Assembly: GCA_965215505.1 (NCBI GenBank)
Contig: OZ244065.1
Span: 352,001 to 416,000, forward strand
Reading direction: 5' to 3'
DNA length: 64,000 nucleotides
From: Capsulimonadaceae bacterium
GTDB lineage: Bacteria; Armatimonadota; Armatimonadia; Armatimonadales; Capsulimonadaceae
Shown here in pieces: positions 9,840 through 19,129 of the stretch. Under the pieces are notes generated by a model that was not told where the DNA came from, did no database searches, and saw only the letters and a list, made by a program, of their open reading frames with translations. Made by a program: the position numbers and the translations under genes. Every line of letters starts with the position of its first letter. Position 1 is the stretch's first letter.

Positions 9840-10699
9840 CTTGCAAATCCTTCCGGGTGCAGCGCCCGCGCGACGGCCAGCAGGCCCAGCCCCAGACGCG
9901 GGCCGGGGCGGTCGGTCAGGTCGCCGGTCAGGGCGAAGACGTGACGCCGCCGGACGGCCCGAAACGATGCCGCGCCGGGGATGTCCAGCGCCTTGTGGTC
10001 CATGCCCGTGAGGATGACGTCGGGCTGGTCCCTCAGCAGCCGCTCCGGCGAGTAGGACGGGTAGCTTACGCCTGCGCGTTCGGCGACGTTGACGCCGCCG
10101 GCCAGCCGGATCAAGTCGCCGATGAAACTGCCGCCCCCCGCCGTCATCAGCGGCTTGTCCCAGACCACGACGAAGACACGCGGATGTGTCCGACCGCGCA
10201 CGGCCCGCGCGACGGCGGCCCGCGCCGCCCGCATCCGTGCCAGGGTGTCCGCCGTCGCTTGTGGCGTCCCGGCCAGCGCACCCAGGGCGGCGACATCCGC
10301 CTCGACCTGAGCGTAAGTCGCCGCCGAGGTGACGTAGACCGGCGCGCGCCACCGCGCCGCCAGCGCGTCCGCCCGCGCGGCTGGCAAGGTCTGGTCCGCC
10401 AGGATGACGAGGTCGGGCCGCAGGGCGAGTATCTTCTCCGCATTGGGCGTCACCGGCCCGCCGACGTGCGGGAGGGTCCGCGCGGCGGGCGGGAAGTCGC
10501 AGTAGACGGTGTCGCCCGCGATCCTGCTTCCGGCCCCGACCGCGTACAGTATCTCGGTCACGCTGGGTGCCAGCGAGACGATGCGCCGAGGCGGGAGCGG
10601 CAGGGAGACCAGCCGCCCAAGGTCATCCGTGACCGTCTGCGACGCGCCCGCCGGGAGTGGAAGGAGCGCGAGGCAAGCCAGAAAGAGGCAGGACCGCAT
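9836..10699 (-). CDS. btuF: exported cobalamin-binding protein (BtuF-like)
   Basis: signal peptide, VTDDLGRLV, RIVSLAPSVTEIL, RPGPRL; inside the cob operon. Confidence 0.85.
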   Translation of the reverse strand: MRSCLFLACLALLPLPAGASQTVTDDLGRLVSLPLPPRRIVSLAPSVTEILYAVGAGSRIAGDTVYCDFPPAARTLPHVGGPVTPNAEKILALRPDLVILADQTLPAARADALAARWRAPVYVTSAATYAQVEADVAALGALAGTPQATADTLARMRAARAAVARAVRGRTHPRVFVVVWDKPLMTAGGGSFIGDLIRLAGGVNVAERAGVSYPSYSPERLLRDQPDVILTGMDHKALDIPGAASFRAVRRRHVFALTGDLTDRPGPRLGLGLLAVARALHPEGFAR

Positions 10700-11541
10700 C
10701 AGGGCGTCCCCCTGCCGTTGAACAGCTCGTCCGTCGTCAGGTCGCCGTCCTCGTCAATGTCGCCCAGACCGAGCGGCGTGAACTGGCTGGCGTTGTAGCC
10801 GTTCATGTAGCCGAACGCCCCGGAGCGGTAGGTCGGGCGGATCGCCTTGACATGGCCGTCCAGCCAGAGGACGTTGCCCGTGCCGTTGTGCAGGCCGTGG
10901 AAGTTCGGAAAGCCGTCGCTCGGCGCATCCAGATACGGGTCGGCTTTGAAGGCGTTCTTCGCCGGGTCGAGCTGCCCGGCGTCGGCCATCTGCACCGTCC
11001 GACTGGGCGCTTGGATGGTCGCGAGCGAAACGGAGCGCGGCTCATAGTTGCCGCCCCCGATGTCCCTGTAGGGCGAGAGGTAGTCGGCGTTGTACCCGTA
11101 CCCGGTCAGGCCGAGGGCGGTGCTGACATTGGCGTCGAGTGACGGGCAGACCTGGATCTGCGAACTCCTCATGTACGGCTGGACCAGCCCCAGGCCCGCG
11201 CCCATGTGGTAGCCAGTGCCGTCCTGAGTCCCCCACCAGGTGACATAAGTGCCGGGAGCCGATCCATCCACGTTGTACGGGACGACGAGTTCGTCGGCGT
11301 CCTGCGAATACATCATGCCGGCCAGGCCGATCTGTTTGAGGTTGGAGGCACACGACGCCCGGCGGGCGTTCTCGCGCACTTTGGAGAAGACGGGGAACAG
11401 GATCGCCGCGAGAATCGCGATGATCGCGATGACGACGAGCAGTTCGATCAGGGTGAACGCTTGGGGAAGCGCCCGGCGGGGGGCCGGGGTGGAGACGAGG
11501 CGACGCCGTGTGAGGGACGCGCCGGGGACGTGGCGAGACAT
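10699..11541 (-). CDS. prepilin-type N-terminal cleavage / DUF1559 (H-X9-DG) protein
   Basis: [40 protein letters not shown] and [15 protein letters not shown]; start taken at ATG 11541. Confidence 0.92.
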   Translation of the reverse strand: MSRHVPGASLTRRRLVSTPAPRRALPQAFTLIELLVVIAIIAILAAILFPVFSKVRENARRASCASNLKQIGLAGMMYSQDADELVVPYNVDGSAPGTYVTWWGTQDGTGYHMGAGLGLVQPYMRSSQIQVCPSLDANVSTALGLTGYGYNADYLSPYRDIGGGNYEPRSVSLATIQAPSRTVQMADAGQLDPAKNAFKADPYLDAPSDGFPNFHGLHNGTGNVLWLDGHVKAIRPTYRSGAFGYMNGYNASQFTPLGLGDIDEDGDLTTDELFNGRGTP

Positions 11542-11605
11542 GGGTGTTTCTTTCCGCCTGTCGCGCGCAGGCAGGAACAGCCGGAAGACTCCTGTCTTCC
11601 GGGCA

Positions 11606-11776
11606 CCTTCGGCTGGCATTCTGGCTGAGCGGCCCGCGTCCCGAGGGACGGAGCCGCATCACAGTTGCGGGACAGCGCCGGAATAGCCTTGGCACTGAAA
11701 CGAGTCAACGCTTCAGCGAGCAAGGCGCACCGGACTTCCCCATTTAAGCGCCGCGTTGACCGCGACGCACCGAGGG
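11606..11776 (-). promoter_or_regulatory. cobalamin (B12) riboswitch
   Basis: minus strand GGTGC..TTAAATGGGGAAGTCCGGTG..ATTCCGGCGCTGTCCCGCAACTGTGA..CAGCCAGAATGCCAGCC; upstream of the cob salvage operon; hairpin at 11581-11602 follows it. Confidence 0.9.
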
Positions 11777-11804
11777 TTGGGGCACGATGTAGTTTTGAAG
11801 TGTG

Positions 11805-11834
11805 AGTATAGCAGGGTGGGGCGGGGGAAGTCAA
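11805..11834 (-). promoter_or_regulatory. sigma70-type promoter for the B12 operon
   Basis: TTGACT-N18-TATACT with extended -10 TG. Confidence 0.65.
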
Positions 11835-12076
11835 GGGGAACCCACCCCGGCGCGAGCGCCGACCCGCCCGAAACGGGAGGGTGGGGTGAGAAGGTTGTTG
11901 GGGGGGTAGCGGGATGAGTGGGGGGCTAGGGGGTTAAGGGGTGTTCCGAAGGGAGGTGGCTGCCCGCGCCCCTTAACAGGACAGCCGCCCACTCATCCCG
12001 CCAAACCTCCCGATCACCCTCCCAGTCCACCTTCCCGTTTCGGGCGGGTCGGCGCTCGCGTCGGGGTGGGTTCCCC
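11835..12076. mobile_element. MITE/REP-like element with ~50-bp terminal inverted repeats
   Basis: 11835-11884 is a near-perfect reverse complement of 12027-12076; inner IR GCGGGATGAGTGGG (11909-11922) / CCCACTCATCCCGC (11988-12001). Confidence 0.7.
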
Positions 12077-13315
12077 CGCCGCCTCGCCCGCCGCCTCGCC
12101 CGCCGCCCACCCGGTACTCCAGGCCGCCTGCAAGTTGTAGCCGCCGACCGGCCCGGCGATGTCCAGCACCTCGCCGCACAGATACAAGCCTTCCACCCGG
12201 CGTGACCGCATCGTGCCCGCCTCCACCTCGTCCAGCGCGACGCCGCCCGCGACCACCTCGCCGCGCTCCAAAGGGACGTGGCGGACCGTGCCGAGCGGCC
12301 AGGCTTTCAGGGTGGAAACCAGCTTGTTCAGCGCCTTCGCGGTCAGGTACGCCCCGCGCGTCTCGGCGGGCACGTCGGCGGCGGCCAGCAGCGGCTCCAA
12401 GAGCCGTGCGGGGACGAACGGGGCGGCCAGGGCACCGACCGTCTTGCGCGGGTTGTCTTTTGCCTGCCGCCGCAGCTCGGCTTGAAGCTCCTCCCAGGTC
12501 AGGCCCGGCGCGAGGTCCGCCTCCACCGCGCTGACCGCCTCCCGCTCGGCCACCTCGCGCGAGACGCCCAGGGCGGTCGGGCCGGAGACGCCCTTGTGGG
12601 TGAACAGCAGGTCGCCCTGCCAGCGCATGAACTCCTTGCCGCCCCCGCCTGCCCGCGCCCGCAGCACGGTGTCGCGCAGGGCCACGCCCGACCACTGCGG
12701 GGCGGCGTCGGCGAGGTACAGGGGAGCCAGTGCGGCCCGCAGCGGCACGACCGTGTGCCCGAGCGACGTCAGCCACGGCCAGCCGTCCCCGGTCGTCCCG
12801 GTGGCGGGGTACGACGAGCCGCCGGTAGACACGATGACGCGCGAGGCCGGCAGCGTCTCCGCCCCGACCTGCACCGCCCGCATCCGGCCCCCTTGGGCCA
12901 CCAGCCCGGTGACGGACGCCCCGTAGCGGATGCTTACACCCGCCTCCTCGACGTGGCGCGTCAGCAATGCGACGACATCCTTGGCGTTTGCCGGCTCGAC
13001 CGGGAAGATGCGCCCGTCGGGCCGCACATAAGTCTCCATGCCCCGGTCGTGCAGGATACGCAGGAAGTCCTGGTTGGTGAACTTGTAAAACGAGGGCTTC
13101 AGGAACCGCGCCTCATTGGGCCGGAACTTCGCCCGCACGTCCTCCATCGGCCCGTCGTGGGTGAGGTTGCACTTGCCGCCGCCGGAGATGAGTATCTTCA
13201 TCCCCAGCCGGTCGTTCTTCTCCAGCAGCGTGACGCGCGCCCCGCACTCGGCGGCCCGCCGGGCGGCCAGCATCCCTGCCGCGCCGCCGCCGATGACAAT
13301 TACTTCCTTTGTCAT
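12014..13315 (-). CDS. HI0933/YhiN(BaiN) family flavoprotein
   Basis: VIGGGAAG, KILISGGGKCNLT, TGGSSYPATGTTGDG, GGYNLQAAWSTG; ATG 13315 overlaps the upstream stop. Confidence 0.92.
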   Translation of the reverse strand: MTKEVIVIGGGAAGMLAARRAAECGARVTLLEKNDRLGMKILISGGGKCNLTHDGPMEDVRAKFRPNEARFLKPSFYKFTNQDFLRILHDRGMETYVRPDGRIFPVEPANAKDVVALLTRHVEEAGVSIRYGASVTGLVAQGGRMRAVQVGAETLPASRVIVSTGGSSYPATGTTGDGWPWLTSLGHTVVPLRAALAPLYLADAAPQWSGVALRDTVLRARAGGGGKEFMRWQGDLLFTHKGVSGPTALGVSREVAEREAVSAVEADLAPGLTWEELQAELRRQAKDNPRKTVGALAAPFVPARLLEPLLAAADVPAETRGAYLTAKALNKLVSTLKAWPLGTVRHVPLERGEVVAGGVALDEVEAGTMRSRRVEGLYLCGEVLDIAGPVGGYNLQAAWSTGWAAGEAAGEAAGEPTPTRAPTRPKREGGLGG

Positions 13316-14133
13316 GGCTTCCATTTCTCGTGCGCGTACTTGTCCAGATGAATGTTCACGCCATGGAACTCTCTATCACGGTCCCCCCCAACCCCGACCT
13401 GGAAGCCGTTCACCGGCAGCGTTAGCTGGACTAGCGAGGGGTCAACATCGTTGAAATCCGACTCCCATGTCCCAACCGTCACACCGTATTTTTGGAGCGC
13501 TTGGGGTGATATGTGGGGTACCCAGCCGCGGACGTAAACCTGACCGTCATGCTTGATGAGGGTCCAACTTTCGGGGGCCCCAGGGGCGTCGGACGAGTAT
13601 GGCTGAAAGCTGCGATTATCCTCATCATAAAAGCATTGCACTGGCTGATTGTCGCCGACCTCTGAGAGCATGACAAGTTTGTTGGAAGCAGTATTGACCA
13701 GCAGGTTCGGGTCCAAGGAGATGGGCTTGGGAATGTTGTTTGGTGCGGGTGCGGCGGTGCTGACGGTTACTGGCTTGGCCGCTTGATGACCCCGCATCTG
13801 TGACAGGCTGTTTTTGCCCAGCCCAAGCCCCAGCAGGATACCTCCCAGGCCAAGCGCCAGCACAAGACGCCCGGCGAGCGGGGGCCGCCGCCGATTGGCC
13901 CTTGTTGGCTCCTGCCGGATTGCCTGCACCTCCGCCAGCACCTCTTCCGGCGTGGTATCCACACCAAGCTGCTGGACGGCCTCACCAATGAAGATCGTAC
14001 CATCTACATTCCGCAACCCGGCGTCTTTCCGCGCCTCGATCCGCGAAAGGGCCAAGGCGAGTTCTTCCGGCGTCACGCGCGCCTGCGCGGCAGGTTGCGT
14101 TTGTGTCTCTGGGTTTTCCTCGTGTTTCAGCAT
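13312..14133 (-). CDS. array paralog 7 (last in transcription): single-TM protein, unassigned family
   Basis: MLKH..RVTPEEL..RIEARK..GTIFIGEAVQQLG; TM; WTLIKHDGQVYVRGW; HLDKYAHEKW. Confidence 0.85.
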   Translation of the reverse strand: MLKHEENPETQTQPAAQARVTPEELALALSRIEARKDAGLRNVDGTIFIGEAVQQLGVDTTPEEVLAEVQAIRQEPTRANRRRPPLAGRLVLALGLGGILLGLGLGKNSLSQMRGHQAAKPVTVSTAAPAPNNIPKPISLDPNLLVNTASNKLVMLSEVGDNQPVQCFYDEDNRSFQPYSSDAPGAPESWTLIKHDGQVYVRGWVPHISPQALQKYGVTVGTWESDFNDVDPSLVQLTLPVNGFQVGVGGDRDREFHGVNIHLDKYAHEKWKP

Positions 14134-14166
14134 GATCAGACTTCTTGCATTAGCCCCAGCGCGTGT

Positions 14167-14318
14167 CCCCGGATTGAAATCCGGGTCTTTGAGAGAGCGA
14201 TTGTCCACCTTCGTGGACACAGGATCAACCACCGGGCCATTTTCCCCCACTAGGCCACATCTTCTGTCCGCGAAGGCGGACATTCGCAAGGCTAAAGCCC
14301 TGGAATTCATTCCAGGGC
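14167..14318. repeat. REP-like palindrome cluster inside the array
   Basis: CCCGGATTGAAATCCGGG, GTCCACCTTCGTGGAC, GTCCGCGAAGGCGGAC, AGCCCTGGAATTCATTCCAGGGCT. Confidence 0.7.
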
Positions 14319-14348
14319 TTCATTATACCTGATGTCTATATGGCGGCG

Positions 14349-15152
14349 TCACGGCCGCCACTTCTCGTTGGCGTGCTGGTCCAGGTGAACACCTACGGCG
14401 TGGAACCAGACCCCGTTCTTGGGCACTGCCGCCAGATCCTGGAGGGGCAACGTGACCGGAATCACCCAGTTTGGCCGGCTCCGGGCGCTCACATCCATGC
14501 CGTCCGTCTCCGGTTGGCTTTGCACCCTCACTGCGAAGCCGTTCTTTTGCGTTACGCCCGGCGTTGTGCGATAGGTCCAGCCACGGACGTACACCTGACC
14601 GTCGTGTTTGATGAGCGTCCAGGGGTTCTGCGTTGCGCTGTTCGGCGTCCATTGGGTGAACACCACCCGCCCATCCACACCCGACATGTCGCAGTGTACG
14701 GGCTGGCCGTCTTTCACTGCCGAGAGGTTGACCAACTTCCCGGAAGCGGTGCTGACGAGTAGATTGGGATCGAGCAGAACCGGCAGGACGTAGGAGCCGG
14801 CGCTCGCCTGCGCCGCCGCCTGACGCCGCATTTGCCATAGGTCGTTCCCGCCCAGGGCAGCGCCCAGGAGGATGCCGGTCAGGCCGAGCGACAGCGCGAG
14901 ACGCCTGCCGAGGGGCATCCGCCTCTTCCGGGGCACGGCCTGCCGACGGCCCGCCTGGACTTCGGCGAGGACTTCCTCCGGCGTCGCCTCCAGCCCGAGC
15001 TGCTGCACGGCCTCGCCGATGGGAATGGTGCCGTCCGCCCGACGCTGGTCGGTGTCCTGCCGGGCCTCGATCCGCGCGATGGCCGCCGCCAATTCCTCCG
15101 GCGTCACGCGGACGCGGGCGGCCGGCTCTTCGACTTGCTCCTGTTTCAGCAT
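14349..15152 (-). CDS. array paralog 6
   Basis: MLKQ..RVTPEELAAAIARIEARQ..GTIPIGEAVQQLGLEATPEEV; TM; WTLIKHDGQVYVRGW; HLDQHANEKW. Confidence 0.88.
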   Translation of the reverse strand: MLKQEQVEEPAARVRVTPEELAAAIARIEARQDTDQRRADGTIPIGEAVQQLGLEATPEEVLAEVQAGRRQAVPRKRRMPLGRRLALSLGLTGILLGAALGGNDLWQMRRQAAAQASAGSYVLPVLLDPNLLVSTASGKLVNLSAVKDGQPVHCDMSGVDGRVVFTQWTPNSATQNPWTLIKHDGQVYVRGWTYRTTPGVTQKNGFAVRVQSQPETDGMDVSARSRPNWVIPVTLPLQDLAAVPKNGVWFHAVGVHLDQHANEKWRP

Positions 15153-15176
15153 GGTCCTGTCCCTGTCTATTGCTTC

Positions 15177-16001
15177 TTACGGCTGCCACTTCTCGTAGGC
15201 GTGTTTGTCCAGATGTAGGTGGGCGAAGTAGAACACGGCGGGCGTGTCCGCCGGCCAGTGCCGGTAGGCGACCCCGTCCGCGAACGTGGTGGGCGTCAGC
15301 CGGAACGTGACGGGCGTGGGATGACTGCCCAGCCCCGGCACCGTCGGGGTGCTGTAAACGGGGATGCGTTCGGCCTGCTTCGCGGCGGCACTGGAAAACG
15401 ACGTGGGAGTCCAGCCGCGCAGGTAAAGCTCCCCGTGATACTTCACGGCCGGCCACGTCATGGTGGAAGCCTCCTGCGGGACCCGCTGCGGCTCGAAGCG
15501 GTACTGCCGACTCATGGCGGCGTAGTTGGCGGCCTCGGCGGAGCAAAAGACGGTGCGGCCTTCGGGCGTCTCGGCCAGCGTGCGGATGACCGGCGACGGG
15601 CCGGACCGGTCCTGCACGAGCAGCTTTGCCCCCAGAGAGGCGTTCGTCTCCCCGAAGAACTGGCTGTTCACGCCGTCCAGGTCAGCTGGCGCTTGGAGCC
15701 AGAACCCGCCCAGCGCGAGCAGCACCCCGCCCACGGCCAGCGCGCCGGCGGCGTGGCCGCGCCGCCCGGTCAGATGCCAGGCCGTGCGCCGTTTGGTCCG
15801 CCTGCGCGCCGCCCGGACCTCCGCCAGCAGGTCGGCCTCCGCGATGTCCAGGCCCATCTCGTTCAATAGGGGCCCGAGGGGCTGCGCGCCCTCCGCCTCG
15901 GCCTGCCGCCGCCTCTCGATGGCGGCCACGGCAACCGCGAGTTCTTCCGGCGTCACGCGGGCGGGCGCAGCCTGTTCTTCGGGTTTGTTGTGTCTCAGCA
16001 T
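15177..16001 (-). CDS. array paralog 5
   Basis: MLRH..RVTPEELAVAVAAIERR; TM; WPAVKYHGELYLRGW; HLDKHAYEKW. Confidence 0.85.
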   Translation of the reverse strand: MLRHNKPEEQAAPARVTPEELAVAVAAIERRRQAEAEGAQPLGPLLNEMGLDIAEADLLAEVRAARRRTKRRTAWHLTGRRGHAAGALAVGGVLLALGGFWLQAPADLDGVNSQFFGETNASLGAKLLVQDRSGPSPVIRTLAETPEGRTVFCSAEAANYAAMSRQYRFEPQRVPQEASTMTWPAVKYHGELYLRGWTPTSFSSAAAKQAERIPVYSTPTVPGLGSHPTPVTFRLTPTTFADGVAYRHWPADTPAVFYFAHLHLDKHAYEKWQP

Positions 16002-16054
16002 GATCGTGTCGTGTTCCTGCCGGCACCGCCGGTATGCCACTCGCCGGCGGCTTG

Positions 16055-16843
16055 CTAGTCGAAACGGTCCTCGAAAGCGTCCCACAGGTGGCCGTCGGTC
16101 TGAACGCCGGAGATCAAAAGTACGGCGCACTTCGGGCCTTCAAGCGACTCGTCACGATGGAACTCCCCGACAGGCAGCGTCACTCTCGATGTTTCAGTCA
16201 AGTCTCCCTGAAAAACAAAACCCGAGGTGGTTGCGCCAAAGTGTTCCTCGGTGTTGGCGATCGCGAAGGGCTTGCTCATCATTTCCGTCTTCGTCGCCTT
16301 GATCGTGTAGGCCTGGACATACGTCTTGCCGCCGTGCTTGATCAGGCCCCAGCGGATTCCCTGGCTAGTCGGATAAACGTGTACCTGTGAGGCGGGTTCC
16401 CCGTCAATGATCTGGTTTAGACCTTCGGTATCCACATAGAACTGCTGCCCGTTGTGTATGCCATCCAGCATGGCCGCCGGACGCAGAATGGCGGCCCTGC
16501 TCGCCTCCCTATGGATGTGAGGGCGCAAGACAAGGCCGCCCATGAGGGCAAGGAGGCCCATCCCCACGCCTGACAGCAGCGCCCGACCCCGGCGGCGCAG
16601 CGTCCAACTTTTCCCCGCCGCTGACTGTGCTGACCGGGCCGCCTCTACCTCGGCCCAAACGGCCTCGGGAGTGGCCGCCAGCCCAAGCTCGCTGACGGCC
16701 TCACCGATGCTGACGGTGCCGCCCGCATCGCCTTCCTGCTTCGCTTCCAGGCAGGCGATGGCGCTTGCCAGTTCTGCCGGAGTCACGCGCCTCTGCGCGG
16801 CAGATTGCATCGGCCCTTCCGGATCTTCGTCGTGTCTCAGCAT
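16055..16843 (-). CDS. array paralog 4
   Basis: MLRH..RVTPAELASAIACLEAKQ..GTVSIGEAVSELGL; TM; WGLIKHGGKTYVQAY; DGHLWD. Confidence 0.85.
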   Translation of the reverse strand: MLRHDEDPEGPMQSAAQRRVTPAELASAIACLEAKQEGDAGGTVSIGEAVSELGLAATPEAVWAEVEAARSAQSAAGKSWTLRRRGRALLSGVGMGLLALMGGLVLRPHIHREASRAAILRPAAMLDGIHNGQQFYVDTEGLNQIIDGEPASQVHVYPTSQGIRWGLIKHGGKTYVQAYTIKATKTEMMSKPFAIANTEEHFGATTSGFVFQGDLTETSRVTLPVGEFHRDESLEGPKCAVLLISGVQTDGHLWDAFEDRFD

Positions 16844-16847
16844 GGTG

Positions 16848-17699
16848 TCAGTGCCAGGGGGTGAGCGTGGTCAGCGGGTCGGGCTGGAAGTCGGGGAGGG
16901 TGACTTCCGAGAAGTCCTCGTTGCCACCCGACTTCTGCAAAGGCGTCTTGTCCACGCGCACGGTGACATTCGTGGTAGTCTCACCCGCCAGCTCGCCCGA
17001 GTTGTCGTCGTTGTAGACATTGAGGGCCTTGCCCCGGAGCGGCTGAAGCGAATCGGTGCTGGCGATGTAGCCGCGCAGATAGACGTGCGGGCCGACCTTC
17101 ACCATCGCCCAGCGGTTGCCGGTCGCGTTCTCGCTGACGGTGATCTGCGCCGCCGGCTTGCCCTCGGAGACCTGGACCAGCGCCGCATCGTCGGCGTAGA
17201 CCTCCCTGCCGTCGGGAATCTGGGCCAGGGGACGAAGGATGGGGGCGGGCGTCGCATGACGCCAGAAATGGGGGATGACGCCGGCCTGGACCAGCACCCA
17301 GCCGATCAGTACGGGCGTGAACAGTCCCCACCACCCCGAGCGGTTTTTGGAACGCGGGGCGGACGACCGCTGCCGCGCCGCCTCCTCCCGGCGCGCGGCC
17401 TTTCTCGCCGCCCGTGCCTGCTGGCGGGCCTGTTCCTGCCGCTCCTGCTCCTGCTGGACGGCGCTCGCCCTGGCCCGCTGCGCCTGCACCTCGGCCCAGA
17501 TCTCGTCCGAGGTCGAGTCCAGGTGCAGTTCGGACACGGCCTGGTCTACCGGGATGGTGCCCGCGAGGCGGCTGGCCTCCGCCTGTTTGCGCGCCTCGAT
17601 GGCCGCCAGAGCCTCGGAGAGTTCTTCGGGCGTGACGCGGGCCTGCGCGGCGGGCAGGGTGGGGGTTTCCGGGGTTTCTTCTGTCTGTTGTCGGAGCAT
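16848..17699 (-). CDS. array paralog 3
   Basis: MLRQ..RVTPEELSEALAAIEARK..GTIPVDQAVSELHL; Q/R-rich linker; TM; WAMVKVGPHVYLRGY. Confidence 0.85.
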   Translation of the reverse strand: MLRQQTEETPETPTLPAAQARVTPEELSEALAAIEARKQAEASRLAGTIPVDQAVSELHLDSTSDEIWAEVQAQRARASAVQQEQERQEQARQQARAARKAARREEAARQRSSAPRSKNRSGWWGLFTPVLIGWVLVQAGVIPHFWRHATPAPILRPLAQIPDGREVYADDAALVQVSEGKPAAQITVSENATGNRWAMVKVGPHVYLRGYIASTDSLQPLRGKALNVYNDDNSGELAGETTTNVTVRVDKTPLQKSGGNEDFSEVTLPDFQPDPLTTLTPWH

Positions 17700-17701
17700 G
17701 G

Positions 17702-19063
17702 TTACCACTTCTCCCAAGCGTGGTCATCGGGCTTCACATCCGATAGGACGGTCTGTTGTAGGAAATCCATGCCGCCGGGCTTCCCGAAAGAGTCGAAATC
17801 CGGCAGTCTTTCGTAGAAGCGCCCGGCCTGCCCATACTGGACGTTTTTCAGGCGCAATGAGATGGGCCTGGCGGCCCCGACCAAGCTCAGTTCCGGCGGC
17901 GCGGGTGAGTTGTACAGGTGCAAAAACGGGCCGGTCAAATCTTTTGGGCTGAGATCACCCGCGACCCAGCCGCGCAGGTACAGCTCGCCACGGTGCTTGA
18001 CGGCGAACCAGCATCTCAGGTAGGCCGGGTGGACGAGGTCAGGCCGTAAGGGTGACACATCCACAGCGTCGAGCGGAGCGCCCGTCAGCACCCCGGAAAG
18101 CTCTTCGTACCCGAGGACGAACATCTTCTCGTCCGGATACGAAGCGATAGACGTTCCACCGGCGGACTTAAACAGCAGTGGGTTCGGCCTGCCGGACAGC
18201 CAATTTCTCTTCATGACCTGCTGGGTCATCCGTGCAGGGACCACAGGCCCCTTCGTGGACATGACGTACCCCGCACGTTCCCAGGCGTGCTGATCGAGAT
18301 GGACATCCGAAACAGTGACCTTCTCGTCCATCTCTCGGAAGAAATTGGGCATATAGCTGGCTGCCTCAAGCGTGCTAAACCGCTCGTAGAAACTGTGATA
18401 CTTCAACGTGTCCAGTCGCAGAGTGACTTCGGCCGGGCGGTTTCCGTTCTCTGGAACCTGCTCATAGTCATCAATGTCCATGGTGCGTCCCGGCAAGGCG
18501 CTCCTCGTAGGCGGGGCTGGTATCCAGCCCCGCAGGTAGACGTGGCCGTCATACTTAACCAGACGCCAACCATCCATCGCGGGGGCGATGCCCTCAAGGT
18601 TCTGCATCCTTACGGTGATCTTCGACGGGTCCACGCCGTAAAGGATTTTCCGCACTTCCTCCCCTGACAGTTCGAAGGGGGAGTTGTCAGGAAAATCGGA
18701 GACGCTGTAAGTGGAGGCCGCCGCTGGATTGGACAGGCCGGTCGTCCTCGGCGGAAGGGCCTGGTGATGACGGAGGAACGTGATGAGGCTGATTGCTGAC
18801 ACGGCAAGCAGGACGCCGACAAGCTGCCAGTGTGGCCGGTGCCGGCTTGAATGAGGTGCGGGCGCTGCCCGGTCGAGAGGCAGGGAAGGATTAACCAGGA
18901 CATAAGCGGCCGTTTCCGACGGTGCAGCCTCGGAGTTCAGCACTAGGGCGGCTTGCGCCTCGTGGACTTGGGTGGTCACGAGGGCGCGCGTCGGCTCCTC
19001 GGGTGTGACCGGGTGCTGGGGGGCGGCTTCTGGTTCCGACAGATGCTCCTCGTGAAGATGCAT
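17702..19063 (-). CDS. array paralog 2 with duplicated C-terminal domain
   Basis: degenerate VTPEE N-terminus; TM; WRLVKYDGHVYLRGW..HLDQHAWER then WFAVKHRGELYLRGW..PDDHAWEKW. Confidence 0.85.
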   Translation of the reverse strand: MHLHEEHLSEPEAAPQHPVTPEEPTRALVTTQVHEAQAALVLNSEAAPSETAAYVLVNPSLPLDRAAPAPHSSRHRPHWQLVGVLLAVSAISLITFLRHHQALPPRTTGLSNPAAASTYSVSDFPDNSPFELSGEEVRKILYGVDPSKITVRMQNLEGIAPAMDGWRLVKYDGHVYLRGWIPAPPTRSALPGRTMDIDDYEQVPENGNRPAEVTLRLDTLKYHSFYERFSTLEAASYMPNFFREMDEKVTVSDVHLDQHAWERAGYVMSTKGPVVPARMTQQVMKRNWLSGRPNPLLFKSAGGTSIASYPDEKMFVLGYEELSGVLTGAPLDAVDVSPLRPDLVHPAYLRCWFAVKHRGELYLRGWVAGDLSPKDLTGPFLHLYNSPAPPELSLVGAARPISLRLKNVQYGQAGRFYERLPDFDSFGKPGGMDFLQQTVLSDVKPDDHAWEKW

Positions 19064-19129
19064 ACCGACATTATAGCAAGGCTGGAAACGGGAAGCAAGG
19101 GGAGCGGTGAAATAACCAGCCGGAGCCGA

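Noticed and set aside
9840-10352. N-terminal extensions in the ORF track (cobU to 10352, DUF1552 to 32775, amylase from 52266, lysA to 24796)
   Set aside because: They overlap neighbouring genes or promoters; downstream ATGs with an RBS or stop-start coupling fit the family N-termini better.
769-11776. Functional link between crtIB and the B12 operon via a CarH photoreceptor
   Set aside because: No CarH/LitR gene in the window, and unrelated genes intervene; proximity alone is insufficient.
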